A DNA stretch of 63,448 nucleotides, the filler included, from Bonamia ostreae (lineage: Eukaryota), in the NCBI GenBank assembly GCA_040357525.1. It is 5 parts of 5 records of this genome, joined end to end, with 100 filler letters (N's around TTAATTAATTAA, not from the genome) between each part and the next. Parts side by side here need not be neighbours in the genome. Positions count along the whole stretch, not along the records: positions 13,070 to 25,974 come from JBDODL010000013.1; positions 26,075 to 38,617 come from JBDODL010000015.1; positions 38,718 to 51,144 come from JBDODL010000016.1; 2 more parts are not named here. One strand, given 5' to 3'. Position 1 is the stretch's first letter, and each line of letters opens with the position of its first letter. The position numbers and the translations under genes are program-made. This document shows positions 25,652-39,137 of the stretch, piece by piece. The notes beneath the pieces are model-generated. The model was not told the DNA's origin and did not search any database. It saw only the letters and a list, made by a program, of their open reading frames with translations.

Positions 25652-25974
25652 ACATTCATTTTTTTAAATTTTACTTAAAATATATTTTAATGTTTTCATT
25701 CAAAATTCTTTATTTTGACGATAATTTCTTTTTTGTTCTAAATTTATGAACACTTAATTTCAAAATTTCGTTCGGCGAAACATATGTTTTAATGATTTAT
25801 GATTTTAGAAGATTTAATTTTGTCGCAAACCAACATTTAGTTTAAATTTTAGTCAATAAAGATTTGATCAAATCTCTCCACTTTGTTCTCATTATTTTTG
25901 GTCTTAGCGTTTTAACTATTTCTAAACAAACTTGTTAAAAGTTGATATTTAGTTATCGAAGATATGTCGTCTTA

Positions 25975-26074
25975 NNNNNNNNNNNNNNNNNNNNNNNNNN
26001 NNNNNNNNNNNNNNNNNNTTAATTAATTAANNNNNNNNNNNNNNNNNNNNNNNNNNNNNNNNNNNNNNNNNNNN
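25975..26074. other. Artificial contig spacer
   Basis: N44-TTAATTAATTAA-N44. Confidence 0.97.
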
Positions 26075-26299
26075 CCAGCAAGATTTTAGCCATGTAATCT
26101 TTACTGACGATTGTGTCATTAAACTGATGATTTGGTCCTCAAATTTGACAGACCTTAACCCAATCGAATATTTTATCACCATTTCGAAGAAGGTTGTTTC
26201 TTTTATGAATGTGGCTAAATGCAACTTGTCGAGAATTGAAAAATAGAGACAATCTACATTAATTTCAAATTATGGGAACAACTAAAAAGATAAAATTGT

Positions 26300-28802
26300 T
26301 TACTCTTCAATTTGAAAAATGTCTATTGATTGAAATTCTGAATCTGAATTGATCGAATTTCTGTTTCTGCGACATTTTTTTGTCTTTGGTAATTTTCTGA
26401 AAAAGCACTTTTTGTTTCGATACAATAAATATACTGAAACAATCAAAGTTGTTATTGTAATTAAAGATAAAGCGATTACCACAACATAAAAAGTCGTTGT
26501 TTTTCTACATTTTGGCTTTACTTGAAATCCTTCGAATAAGCAAATCGCTATGCCTTTCCTCTTTTTTTGGTGAGACTGGTGAAAAAGTTTGCAACGATAA
26601 TGGCAATATCCATTGTTTACACAGCCACTGATGATTGATCCATTTTCAATTTTCTTCAAATTGCATTTGTTTGTGACCGGGTAAGTACGGATATGGGTGA
26701 TTGAAATTGACCCGTTGTCCGAACAATGCAGATTTTCTGAGTAGGTAACACTCGTTTCATATTGCATGAAAAAGTTTTCTTTGGCTCTCACTGTGCAATT
26801 GCCAAAGAACCGATCGATTCCATCTTGATCACATTCGGAATAATCTAGTGATTCGGTAGTTGTAAGTGTTGGTTTTCGACAGCCTAAAACTTTTAATTTC
26901 AAACTTTTTTGAACAGACACGTTGTGTAAGTCTTGATCATACAAATCATTACAGACTAGAATTTCGTTTTCCACAATCTGGCCGTTTTTCAGAAAACGAT
27001 AATTTGGTGAAGGATGCAAATCACATGTTCCGGCAAAGCTACTATTTTTTGACTTACAGTTCACTTCAGTAACTTTGCTGTTCTCCTTAAAGATGGGAAA
27101 TTTACATACTTTGATTTTTTCTTAAAAAACAAGTATCGATTTTTAGATAATTCTTATCAAATTCGCCATTTTCTAAGCAATGTAACGTTAGTTTTTCAAG
27201 TAGAAAGTTTCCTTCTACAAAAACGTGGTTTTTCGTTAAATTAATTTCGCAGATGCCATAGAATTTATCATCAAGGTATGTGCAACTGGGGTTAAATTCA
27301 ATCGCATCTTTTTTATTAGAATTAGGTTTTGAGCATCCTTTAAAGATCTGAATTGAAGATGGAATTGAATTTCCACTTTTTGTGCATTGTACATTCATTG
27401 ATCTTTCGAATTTGTTTTCTGAAGTCAAAATCTTATAACTTGAACTGACACTGATAACACAACCATCAAAAAAGTATTCGCCTCGGATGATGCACGCGTC
27501 AGAATACTTTAGAACTCCCTTGAACTCCGAGAAAATGTATAGTGGACAACCGGTTACAGTATCGAATTTTGTAGTGATCAGGCCATATTTGTTGCAATCG
27601 ATAGATTTATATTTAGAGTAATCAGAATTCGTTTCAATGAACTGAATAGGGAGATAAGATTCGAAGACGCACTCGCCAAAAAAAGATAAATCTTCTTTTT
27701 CACACTGTTCCGAAGGATTAAGATAAGCTTCGTGAGAGCATGATTTTACAACAATGTCACACAATGTCAGATAGTTGAAATTTGTGAGAAAGATGTATTT
27801 CGAAAACGATGAGCCGTGTTTAAACCTATAACCTTTTGAAACAAGAAGAGTGCATCCGTTTCTATAATAATTCTCCACGCTCTCGCAGTTTTGATGTGTG
27901 AATTTTATTGCTTCGTCGTAGCATTTAGGAATTTGCAAAACTTTTTTTGGTAATAAAAACATAATATTCGTGTGAAACCAATTTTGCTGAAGCTTTCATC
28001 ACAAGCTATATTTCTTAAGTACTTGAAATTTTTCTGATATACAACTAAATGATTCGCAGATTTTAGTAAATGGCAAGTACCATCAAACAATTTCCCGTTA
28101 CCAACAGATTTGCAATCATCTTTAAACAGAAAATCATTTTCAACGACAATGTCTGGAAACTCGCATCCTTTTAAGATTTTCCAACCTTCTTCTCCTGTTA
28201 AGCTTCCGTTTTTGTCACAGATCAAAAACAGAGCGTCTTGGATTTTATCCCCGTTCGCGAAAAGAAAGTGCTTTGTAGCTAAAACTTGACAGCTTTCGAC
28301 AAAATAACGATTCAATCCATCTTTTAAGCAGTTTGAATTCAAAGTATATTCATCATTGTTGAAAGGTACTTTACAAGCTTTATTTTAAAATGAATAAGAA
28401 CCTATTACAAATTGAGTTGTGTAGAAATTTTTGGGGCTGCTGCAACTGATTAATTTTTCAAGAGCATTGTTTTGTTGGTAAAAGATGGAATTAGAGTTGA
28501 TTCGACAACTCCCAAAGAAGTATCTATCACCAATAAGACCACACAAATTGTCGAAAACATTGGAGTAGACCGAGCATACTTTTAAATACAATAAGTTTAT
28601 AACGTGGGTAAGGATCTTGAAATGAATTCGGACTCAATGAATTGTAAGAGATTGAGTTTAAAGTTTCGAAACATTCTTCTTGGAGACTGTTTAGCAAATT
28701 TGTTGAGAAATATCGACCATCCTTTTTTATTAATTTTCCTTCTGGACAATTGGTTGCCAATACAAAGGCGAAGTAATACGAAACAAGTAGAAAAGACTGC
28801 AT
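26300..28802 (-). CDS. Cys-rich repeat type-I membrane protein, paralogue A (sushi/CCP-like juxtamembrane domain)
   Basis: Signal peptide MQSFLLVSYYFAFVLA, repeated C...C...FFG.C...C modules, ENG...CHYRC...C...PKC, TM FYVVVIALSLITITTLIVSVYLLY, short basic tail. Confidence 0.75.
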
Positions 28803-29093
28803 CAAACCCAAAATTTTTCTTATAGGTTGGATTAAAAGTGCTCAAAGTTTATATATTTGATTTATAATCTCAAAGAATGTCAAACCATGCAAAAAAATTG
28901 AAATAAAAATTATTTTGCACGCATTTAGATATTTAAAATCAAACGTTTATATTTGCTACAAAGAGTACATAAAAATTTTGTCATTTTTTAAAAGCAACAT
29001 TCTGGAATGTTGAACGTTTCGTCTTGATAAGTCGTTATTAACTTGTAAATAAGTATGTAAGAAAAAATTATAGCATATACTTGCGTTTAATCA

Positions 29094-31725
29094 TCAAAAA
29101 TCGCCGATAACAAAATTGCTACTTATTTTGGACGAGCTTTTAACAGATTCAATCGAAGTCTCATTGATTATCCCCCTTCTCCTAAAGCAAAGCATGCGAC
29201 GTAAATACAAAAAAAGGATGACGATAAAAATAAGAACTGCAAGGAGGATGACTGGCAGAAAAAAGACTAGAATCATCATCTTTATACTCAATCTGCATTC
29301 CGGAGAGGTCTCCAGACCAAAATCAGAGCAATTGAGTCTTGCTGAGCGTTTTCCGACATGTGAGGTGTACAGAAAATCACATCTGTAAACAACGATGTCG
29401 TTTATTTTGACCGGAACTTGTATTTTGTATTGACCATTATTTATTTCCGGTAGAATACAAAAATGGTTCGTTTCCCGTTGTACTTCTATTTTATCTGGAA
29501 TAGTTGCTCCGTTTTTGTCGCACAAAATATCCAAATCAACTGAAGACATGTTATATCCGTTGTAAGGTTTCACAAGACACCTACCCCAAAATCTGCTCCC
29601 CGATTTTGATAGATTGCAAAGAGAAAAGTTCATTGTCCCTGGAATACTTATTTTCGGCAAATCGCAAGTTTTCATTATAGAAAATTCTCGATGTTTTGTC
29701 TTACCTTCTTCGCATTTAAAAAGCAATTTGTGTGTGACAAAAGATTTGTTCAATTGATACGCATACGGAGAGTTGAGCCTCAAAAGACATTTTCCATAAA
29801 ACTTTTTATCTGTGCTGATGCAATTTTCAGCAGAATAGTCCAATTTTTCTATTCTGGGTGGAATATTGCAAACTGTCATATTTGTTTTAAAAACTTTGAA
29901 CTATTTCCAATTTCGAAATTTCTGGTTTTAAGGCTCCATTTTGTGAACAAACCACAGGAATTTGCAGAGCTAGATTTTTGCCATTCACAATTCCAAATTT
30001 TTCTTTTAACTTAAGCGTGCAATCTCTAAAAAAGTAGTCTTCATTCGTAACGCACTCAAAACTCATTTTTGTAAAATTTTTGACCAAACAGCCTTTAATC
30101 TTAGCAAATAAAACCTTTGTACAAGAGTGGTCTTTTTAGAGGAATTGTTCTACCTTTTTCGCAAGAAGTTTTGAAAATGTTCTCGAATTTATTTTCCATC
30201 AAAAACGCGTAGCCTTTTTCGGTTGCCAAATTGCAGTTTCCTCCAAATTTACTTTCATCTGGATAATAAGAATCGCAATTGTCATAATTGATTCCGCTCT
30301 TATTAGTAATAATGATGTCACACGCTTAAATTTAAGTTATTGAACTTCTGTGGATCAGATATTTTGTGTCATTTTTTTTGTAATCGTCGTCACATTTTAC
30401 GACAACTTTTTTCGATCGAGATTTCCCGATAAACTCGTATCCATTTTTCAGTTCGAAGGAGCACGTAGATATAAATTTGCCTGAATATAACGAGCAGTTA
30501 GTGATTTTTATCCTGTCGGAATTATTAAATTTCGGGGGGATAGTGCACTCTTTGACGATTGAATAATCGTCTAACTCAAGATGGTCAATAATCAATTGTC
30601 TTTCCTCCACGTATTTGGATTTTTTGGTTAACGCGTAATTTTCCCGCAATTTTATTTTGCAATTTGGAGCGTAAAACATGAAATATTTGTCCACAAGGCA
30701 ATCCGAAAAATTGGAATTTTCCGACTTAAAAACTCGTAATTTGTGCACTTCAGATTATAATAAAAACCGCTTGTTATTTCTAAGTTTTCTTTAAATTCAT
30801 CCCCGCACATGATTTCAAATTTGTCGATAAGAAAATTCGATGTTTTGATTTTAAACATGAAATTTTTGTTTGAATTTAGATGGCATAATCCCCAAAATTT
30901 ATTATTCGTGTTGTTGCAAATCTCATATCCCCTTCTGTCACCAATAATTTTCGGAAGTGCGCAGCTCTTTCGGATAACAAAGGGCTTCGATTTTATCCAA
31001 TTTCCGTACTTAAGAGTATCATTTTGGCATTTGTAAGTGAAATTAGTCAAATATTTATCGTTTGCTTTGAACACATATTCTGGTTTAGGAATCAATGTGC
31101 ATTCGCCAAAAAAGTGCTTTCCTTTGTGTAAGTTGCAATTTTCAAAATACACACTGTCTGCGTGCTTGTAATAAGGAACTACGCATGCTTAAATTATGAA
31201 AATGAAACCCTTTAAAACTGGAACTTTGATCTTTCCAAATTTCGTGCATGTGACATTTAGTGTTTTGGTAAAATTGGTGTCAAAATATCCTCTTTTCCGT
31301 TTAATTAGACATGTTTCGGTGAAAAAATTGTTGTCCATAAAACAATCCTTTTCTCTAATTTCGTCCTCATTCTCGATTTTACAGACTTTAGTTTAAAAAC
31401 AAAACTTGCAGCTTTTTCGTCAACGGATTCACCACAAATGAATTTTTTTACTCTAACATTCATGTTTCCGTCGAGAAACCTTACTTTACAAACTACTTGC
31501 GATTTGTCGCGTCTACAATTAATCGTTTTCGGGTAATCGTCCCCAAATTGCACTTTTTTGCAATCTTTAAATTGTTTTAGTTAAACAATTTTTCATTTTA
31601 GCAGAGCATTTTCCGTTTGCTTTTCCGACTATCGTTCCACACTCAGTATCCATATCGGGCATGGTTTTTCTCACCGCATCCGCCATCATTAACTGGAAGA
31701 ACCAAAGTAATATAAAGATGTGCAT
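29094..31725 (-). CDS. Cys-rich repeat type-I membrane protein, paralogue B
   Basis: Signal MHIFILLWFFQLMMA, the same repeat modules, sushi-like CILPEINNG...VYRCD...PEC, TM MMILVFFLPVILLAVLIFIVILFLYL. Confidence 0.75.
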
Positions 31726-32025
31726 TCGAAATTATTGAATTTAAATTCAAAAAGTTATTCTGATAATTTTTTAATTCTGTAAAATAAAAAATCAAATTTT
31801 ACTTACGCTTTTGATAATTTCCCAAATTTGGATAAAAAGTATTCAAAAGCTATCTTTTGTAATTTTTAAAATGAACTGCCATCTTTTAGCCATTACACTA
31901 TTTTTGGTACAAAATTACGTTATATTTTTATTACAAAATTTTTTACAGATTTCAAACAGAATCGAAAACAGAATTTTATCTCAAAATAGCTTTGCAACCA
32001 ATTAATATTCAAAATATTTCCAAAT

Positions 32026-33890
32026 TTATTTAGTATCTCTAAGCTGTGATAACAAATTTGAAGCGGGTCCACTCCCGCCCTCTTCTTTTTCAATAGAAGT
32101 TACAAAGTTTCGAACCAGATTTTCGTCAATGTTTATATCAGCCATATTTTCTTTCGATTTAGCCAAAAACTCGGCGTCAGTTTCTTTGGAAATAGCTTTA
32201 AAACTATTTTCTTCGTCAAATTTATTGTTTGAATCTCGGTTGTTTATTGCTCTAAAAACGCCGTTTGGGTTCAGAAACTTATCCCCTTTAAAAATTCTTT
32301 CTTCATGAAAGCAATCTTCTTCGTCAAAACTTAAATCATCTTCAAAATACAAGTTTTGGAAATCTATTCCTTTATAACCCGAATCAGCGTTTATAAATTT
32401 TTGCACATCTTCAGCAAAGTTCAAATTTTTTAAGTCGCCAATCTGATTTTTTTTAATTCAAATCTTGAAACTTTCTCGTTTTCGAATGAAGCGCTTTCCA
32501 TAAAAAACAGATTTAGGTCGTTCGGATCGACCTCCATCCATTCATCACTGTCGTTCGGCTGCAATTCATTTAAATTTTTCTTTAAAAATTTATTATTTAA
32601 TAAACGGGAAATGTTTGCGGGGGGAAATGTTTTAGTACTTTTTGCAAAAGTTTTGAATAAATTAATTGCGAAGAGAATTTTAAATGTTTGTAATGCTTTC
32701 TGCCGAATTTTGCATTTTCAGCGAGAATTTTTAAAACAAATATTTTCTTGGCTATTTTTGCAGAGCACTTTTGGTTTTTAATTTGTTCTAAATGCTTCCT
32801 GAAATCTTCAAACTCACTTTTTGAAGATTTTTTTGTAAGACATTAAAATTTACTTTTGTCAAAATTTAATTTTGGACAAACGATAAACCATTCGAAATTC
32901 GAAACAATTTGACTACAATCATCAAAATTGATGTCACCGTCTTTCTTCAAATGTCTGTTTCCTTCAGACATCAAAATCTCTAATCCAAATGTGATTTTGG
33001 CTCCGATTTCTTCGGAAAGCGACATTTCTCTGTTTTCATAAAAACTCGCGTCCAAAAATTGGCGAGAATGAAAGTGCTTTGCAGATCGCAACTGCGCATA
33101 AACGAATCTACTCGTTCTAATCTTGTGAAATGCAAAATTTTCTGGGCGAAAATGTGCCATCTTTCTCAACTCGTTGTTGTCGATCGGATTTCTGAAGCAG
33201 TACGCTTTCGCAGCAACGGATACCAAAGAAGGCAATATTTTTAGCAAGCGCAAAACCTTTTCCGGCGCTTTAACACTAAAATTGTGCGTCTGCGAATTCT
33301 TGATTTCTTTTCTCAAAACGTCATCAAACGAGTTTATTCGCCTTTGAATGGGCTCGAAGAATTCTGAGGTTACAGAAATTAGATCTTTTGGCGTTTCGAA
33401 GACGATTTTGAGCGCTTCTCCGATTCCAAGTTTTCTTAAGATTTCTGAACTAAACTTTTTCGACGTTTTTCCCAAAAAATCTGAAGAGATAAATCTCAAT
33501 TCTCCGTCAACGACGAACAGTCTGTTACTTGAGTTGTCGGGCGTAGTTTCCTCTGGCAGACTCTCGGCAGCCTCGATCAGCATAAATTGGCCGTCGCTGT
33601 CAGTTATTTGCGCGGCCACGGGAAACAACTTTGTGATTTCGAAAACGGCGGCAGTCGTGAACCATTCGTCTGAAATATTGTCGCCTATCGACGTCACAGA
33701 CTCCAAATATGCGCAGTTTTCGAGGAATCTGAATATTTGGTGCAAACTTTTTGACGAAACGAACATTTTCGTAATTGAAAATGTAATTTTTGGACAAATC
33801 GAAAAATTTGGCGTTAATCGATTTTTCAAGCGATTCTGTGATCGATGTGTTTACGCCAAAAAGTTTGCATCGTACAATATCGCTGTCCAT
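32026..33890 (-). CDS. ECD: Ecdysoneless/SGT1 homologue, multi-exon
   Basis: GDNISDEWF, DSDGQFMLIEAAESLP, NRLFV..GEL; C-terminal DENLVRNFVTS...GSGPASNLL. Confidence 0.88.
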
Positions 33891-34089
33891 AGAAAAAGAA
33901 GAAATTAATTATGGCGTTTATCTAATTTTTATTTTAGTGCGCTATGGTCAAAGTTTTGTGTAATCGGAATTTAAAACATTGAAACAAATTTTTTCTTATG
34001 ATCAGAATTATAAGCTTTTAATCATAAAGAAAAAACAAATTAAAATTAAATAAAAATTTGTTTGTTTATCGTAAATCGCAATATTTAGA

Positions 34090-34436
34090 ATGGTCGAGCA
34101 ACTTGAAACAATAGACGAATTTAAGCAAAAAGTAGAAGGTAACGGTTCTAGTCATGTTGAAACAAAGTAGAAGGTAACAGTCTCGCAATATTGAACCATT
34201 ACGCTGATTGGTGTCGCCCGTGCAAAGTCGCCATGCCGAAATTCGAAGAACTCTCGAAAAAGTATTCCCAATTCAAATTCTACAAAGTCAATATTGATTC
34301 TTCCGAAGAATTGACAAAATATTGCGAAGTAGTCTCTGTGCCTAATTTCTCTATCTATTTGAACGTGAAGAAGATCGCCTCTTTTACGGGTTTCCAACAA
34401 GAAAAAATCGAAGAAGTGCTGAATAACATTAAATAA
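34090..34436 (+). CDS. Thioredoxin (WCRPC active site)
   Basis: MVEQLETIDEFKQKVEG|NSLAILNHYADWCRPCK...FYKVNID...VPNF; 35-nt intron at 34139-34173. Confidence 0.9.
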
Positions 34437-34437
34437 A

Positions 34438-35172
34438 TTAAAAATTTTTATTACTCGATTTCCGCATTTTCTTGTTCAAAATTTTTACTATTTTCCTCAA
34501 AATGATTCCCTTTTTTTTGCTATTAAAAACGTTTATTTTTTCGTCCAAATGTCGAATTTGCTTTCGGTGAGAGGGTCCAGTGCAAAATTCGATCAGTTTT
34601 GCGTAATGTTGTTCTAGCAATGCGCACAGAGAACGAATTATCTCTACAATGTCCAAATCAAATTCCGCGTTTATTTGCTTCAGCGTTATCTTTAAAACCG
34701 GTTGTTCGAAAAATTGGAACACCACTTTGTTGCCTACTCGTTTGATGTATTGGTGTGTTTTGCTATTAGTTTTCGGGGATGGAGCCAGGTTTTCGGGGTG
34801 TCTGATCGCGTTCATCGAACGCATTTTTTTCTATCCCGTTAACATTAAACCATGTTTTTTATGCTTTTGTTTGCGACGAAATACTCCACTTCGACTAATA
34901 GCTGAAGAAACGCGTACAGATAGTTTTCATCGTTAATGCTCAAGATGTTTCCCAGTGAAAATGCCATCGCGTAGTACCGGTATTTTCTTCGGTTTGCAAA
35001 AAAACTTTTTGAGTGGAACAATAGAATTTATCCTGAGACGAGAAATGTTTTCTGTGTCTTGAAACATTAAAAATTCGTTTTTGACGTTTACTCGAAGTTC
35101 TGAAATTTTCATTTTTCGTTTGTGCAAAACTTCCTCTAGTTTGGAATGTTTAAATGATTTAAGATCTGCCAT
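34438..35172 (-). CDS. Hypothetical protein, multi-exon
   Basis: Same-strand ORFs separated by short GT-AG gaps; no recognised motif. Confidence 0.5.
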
Positions 35173-35401
35173 TTTTCTTTATTTTCTCGATAAATTTTTT
35201 ATCAAACCGAGTCCACCAATTATAGTAAAAAGTTTATACTATAAACTGCAATTCCTGTTATTAAATTTGGTGATTTTATCAAAAATATTTGCAACTTTTA
35301 ATATCTCTTTCAAACTTTAAAATTAGATCCAAAGACAAAAATTGATTTTTGTAAAAGATAAGTACTACGAACGTGAATAACAAAGATTGATATTAACGTA
35401 T

Positions 35402-37282
35402 TTATTTTACATAAATAGATTTTTCAGCGATATCAACGTCGGGCATATATTTTTTGCGAATAACAAGAACCGTAATCGCTACAATAAAAGCAAACGACAA
35501 TAACGGTAACAAAATTGTGACCAGGTAAAATGTGTAATCTCTTTTACAGGTCGGATAAATGTCAAATCCGTGCATTCGACAAGCGGTAGTAGTCTTTTTG
35601 CCGCCGTCGGCCCCTTTATATAATGGGTCGCAAGCATAAATGCATTGACCTATTTCATTGCACCCCTCGATTATTCTCCCGTTTGGGATGTGTGTTACAT
35701 GGCAGTTGTTGTAAAATGAATTGGCATTTGATTTGCCGTTTTCGCATACAAACACGTTTTCGTTTAAAACAGAACCAATTTTGTTTTCAAAAGTGCATTC
35801 CCCGAAAAATAAAGTTTTGTCTTCCGAAAAATTACATTTAGTGTTGTATATTATGTTATCATCGTCAATTTTCTTGCAACCTAAAATTAATTTAAAACCT
35901 TTCACAACTTCTATTCCCGAGCAATTTTTGGGCCCTAATTGGGCTTTTTGAACAAATTCTTCGCCGATTTTAATTTTATAATCTTTTGATACACTATTTT
36001 CGCAATTTGTAAAAAAATAGTTGTTTTCTGTGACGCAATCCGTATAATTTACATTGTCAAGTAACGAACAACCTTTGACAATCTCAAACTCATCTAACAC
36101 CAACCCATTATTCGGGCAATAGAGGTCCAGTGTTTTTACAAAATTGCCATCTTTTTTGAATCTGTAAGAAACCGCCGGCGTGAGGGAACATAGAGCAAAA
36201 AAATAATCCTCTCCCAAGAACGGACACGAAGACATCAAATTCGCTTCTTCGGGCACCAAACATCCCTTGTAGATGGATTCACATATTGATTTGTAGGAGT
36301 CTTGTGTAATAGGATAAGTTTTTAAGTATGCCTTTTGATATATTCTGTATCCTTTCTCTACTACCACCATACAGTTTTCTTCTATAAAGCCATTAAACAG
36401 TTGGCAATCGTTCGGCTTCAAAACATTCGCACACGAGTCAAATTTAAACACTGAAACGTTTTTATGAAAACTTTTCACAAATTTCCATTGAGAGGGAGCG
36501 TAATTTTCATCACATTTAAGATCGTCGATGTAGTTTCCTTGTTTGTTTTTGTATGAATATTTCGCTAAGTTGTTTTCAGATATCTTGCAATGACTTGTAA
36601 ATATCATATTATCTTCATCTAAATCGCATAAATTTCTATCGATGTAACCATTCAGTTCCGAATTTACTTTGCAGTCTGATCGTATTTAAAAAAACATCTA
36701 ACAGCTTGATCAGATATTTTAATCCCGCTCTCTAGACATTCAACAGAAAACAAATTAGATTCTGGACCATAATTGCTTAAAAAATAGTCCTCGTTCACAA
36801 CTTGAAAGAGGCATTTCCCTGTAAAATATTTTTTGTTTCCATAAGTAGTACAAGTGTTGTAACTTGTGTATAGTGAAGGAATTTTGCAATCTAAAAAATG
36901 GAATAGAAAACATTTTATAATATCCTGTTCGTTATATTCTTTTCCTTCTGAACAATTGATCCGATTGCTTAAAGTGTCGCCATTTTTATAAAAAAATGGG
37001 TCCTTAAGTTTACAAGAATTGTAAAAATAATTGTTTATAAGATAATCACAGGTTTCAATCATTAAATCAGTGGATTTATCCGGTAACATACAAACTATGA
37101 AAATTAAGAAGAAAACTCAAATAGCTATTACTTGGAGTATTTTTAGCAATGTTTTGAGGGGGGTTTAAGTTATCTATATTGACATAATTCTTGTTGAGAG
37201 ATTTTGTAGACGAAAAATAAAAATCGCCAACTCTGTAGTCCACAGATCTGAATCCGTTTAAAAGAATTAATAATGGAATCAT
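35402..37282 (-). CDS. Cys-rich repeat type-I membrane protein, paralogue C
   Basis: Hydrophobic N-terminus, KGC...C...FF..C modules, sushi-like CHVTHIPNG...CIYACDPLY...PTC, TM FYLVTILLPLLSFAFIVAITVLVI. Confidence 0.78.
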
Positions 37283-37876
37283 TTAAATATATACGATTGA
37301 TAACTTGATAATAGGTTGGTTACAGGCGGATGATAAATTGTTGTTTGTTCTGAATTAGAACAAATTCGCATGTTTTGACTAAAATTCTAGTTAAAATCGT
37401 TTAATTAAAACCATTTATTAATTGAAACGTGGACAATTCTTTAAAAAAACTCATTAACCTATTTGAAACGGCAAAGCCATCCACCATTCCCTCCTCTGGC
37501 GGATGTATTAAAAAAATCGTGGTCTAAAACTAAAGATTGATCGATATATTACAATCCTTCAGAAAGTAGGATTTAATGCGAAACTGTTTCTTTCCAATTT
37601 ATGCTTCGATCAGTCAAAATTCAAAATCTGAAAGATAAAAATAAGAAATTTTCGGATAAACTATTCGAAGCCAAAATTTTGCGTATAGGAAATAATTGCG
37701 TAAGTCTACAGCAAAAATACCAAAACATCGCTTTTTACGCCCCGATTAAAAAAAATAAAAATTAGGTTGCAAAGAGCAAATTTGAATATTTTTTCTTAAT
37801 ATGTCAATATTTAAAAATGCTTAACTATATAAAAATGTTGTACTAAAAATTAGATAAATAAAATTAAAAATTAAAA

Positions 37877-38617
37877 ATGAGAAATAAAAGACAGTCCCTG
37901 TCAAATGAGATTCATAAGATTGTTATGCTAAAAAATCAAAAGATTGGTAAAATTGCACCGAAAACGAATGAACGTCTACAAAATTCTTCTTATTATGATA
38001 TTATGAAAAATTTACAGCAAGTATCGATAGATAACTCGGTCATAGAATTTGTAAACATGACTGCGCCTGAAACACAGCTAAAATGTAGAAGTCAACGTCG
38101 AGACAGTACGTCACAAATCGCTCTGAAACACAAGAAAATAAATTTTCTTCGATTTTTTAGTTAAAAATTTCCGTTCTGAAATCTGCAAATTTCAAATCCC
38201 AAAAACGATAAAACTATAACTTAACCTATTTGCATATAGCATTTTAGATGGACGAAGCTTTAAAAAAAAGCTTTAAAAAAGAATACGAATTTAGACTAAA
38301 CAAAATTCGCGATGAATATTTGGAAGATCATAGCACAACTAAAAAATGGATTAGATTTGCGACTGACTCGATCGAAAAACTAGAAAAAGAAAACGAAAAA
38401 CAACTAATATTTGCAAACCCCCCCAAAAAAGACTCCATTAATTCGAAAAAACAATTTTAAGAAAAGTTGCCATTACGATATCCAAACAAAACCAATCAAA
38501 ATGGCAAAATATAAAACTTTCAAACCTGACAATCGCAACTTCCAAAGAAACGCGACATTTAAAAGAAAAACTTATAAAAACCAGCCACTTTCCAGAACAA
38601 AATTTTTCAGAGAAAAA
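37877..38617 (+). CDS. Hypothetical protein, 3' partial
   Basis: Consecutive ORFs from ATG 37877 running into the contig end. Confidence 0.4.
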
Positions 38618-38717
38618 NNNNNNNNNNNNNNNNNNNNNNNNNNNNNNNNNNNNNNNNNNNNTTAATTAATTAANNNNNNNNNNNNNNNNNNNNNNNNNNN
38701 NNNNNNNNNNNNNNNNN
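38618..38717. other. Artificial contig spacer
   Basis: N44-TTAATTAATTAA-N44. Confidence 0.97.
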
Positions 38718-39137
38718 TAATTTCAAAATATAAAAAAATAGAAAACGAAATATCGGAATAATATAATAAAAAAGAATATATTACACAAGAAGATATGTCA
38801 TAATAAGAGATTACAGAACAATATATGACAGAAGAAGAGATTACAGAAGAATATATATCTAAAGAAGAAAACTTATAAAAAATCTTAAAAGAAAACGATT
38901 TTAAAATAAAAAATAGCTGCTTGAAATTCTTTAGTGACGATTTTAAAGAAAAAGTAGTTGAAGATCGAATGAATAGTCTTAATTTTATAGAGAACTATTG
39001 CGTTGTGAGCAGCGATTATGATATTGATATTTCTGATTGGAATCTCTAGTGTTGTAAAAATTAAATGTACTATTATTCTTGTCTCTGTTTTTAAAATTGT
39101 TAATTTTCATTTTGTAAATAAGACAAATAATTTAAAT

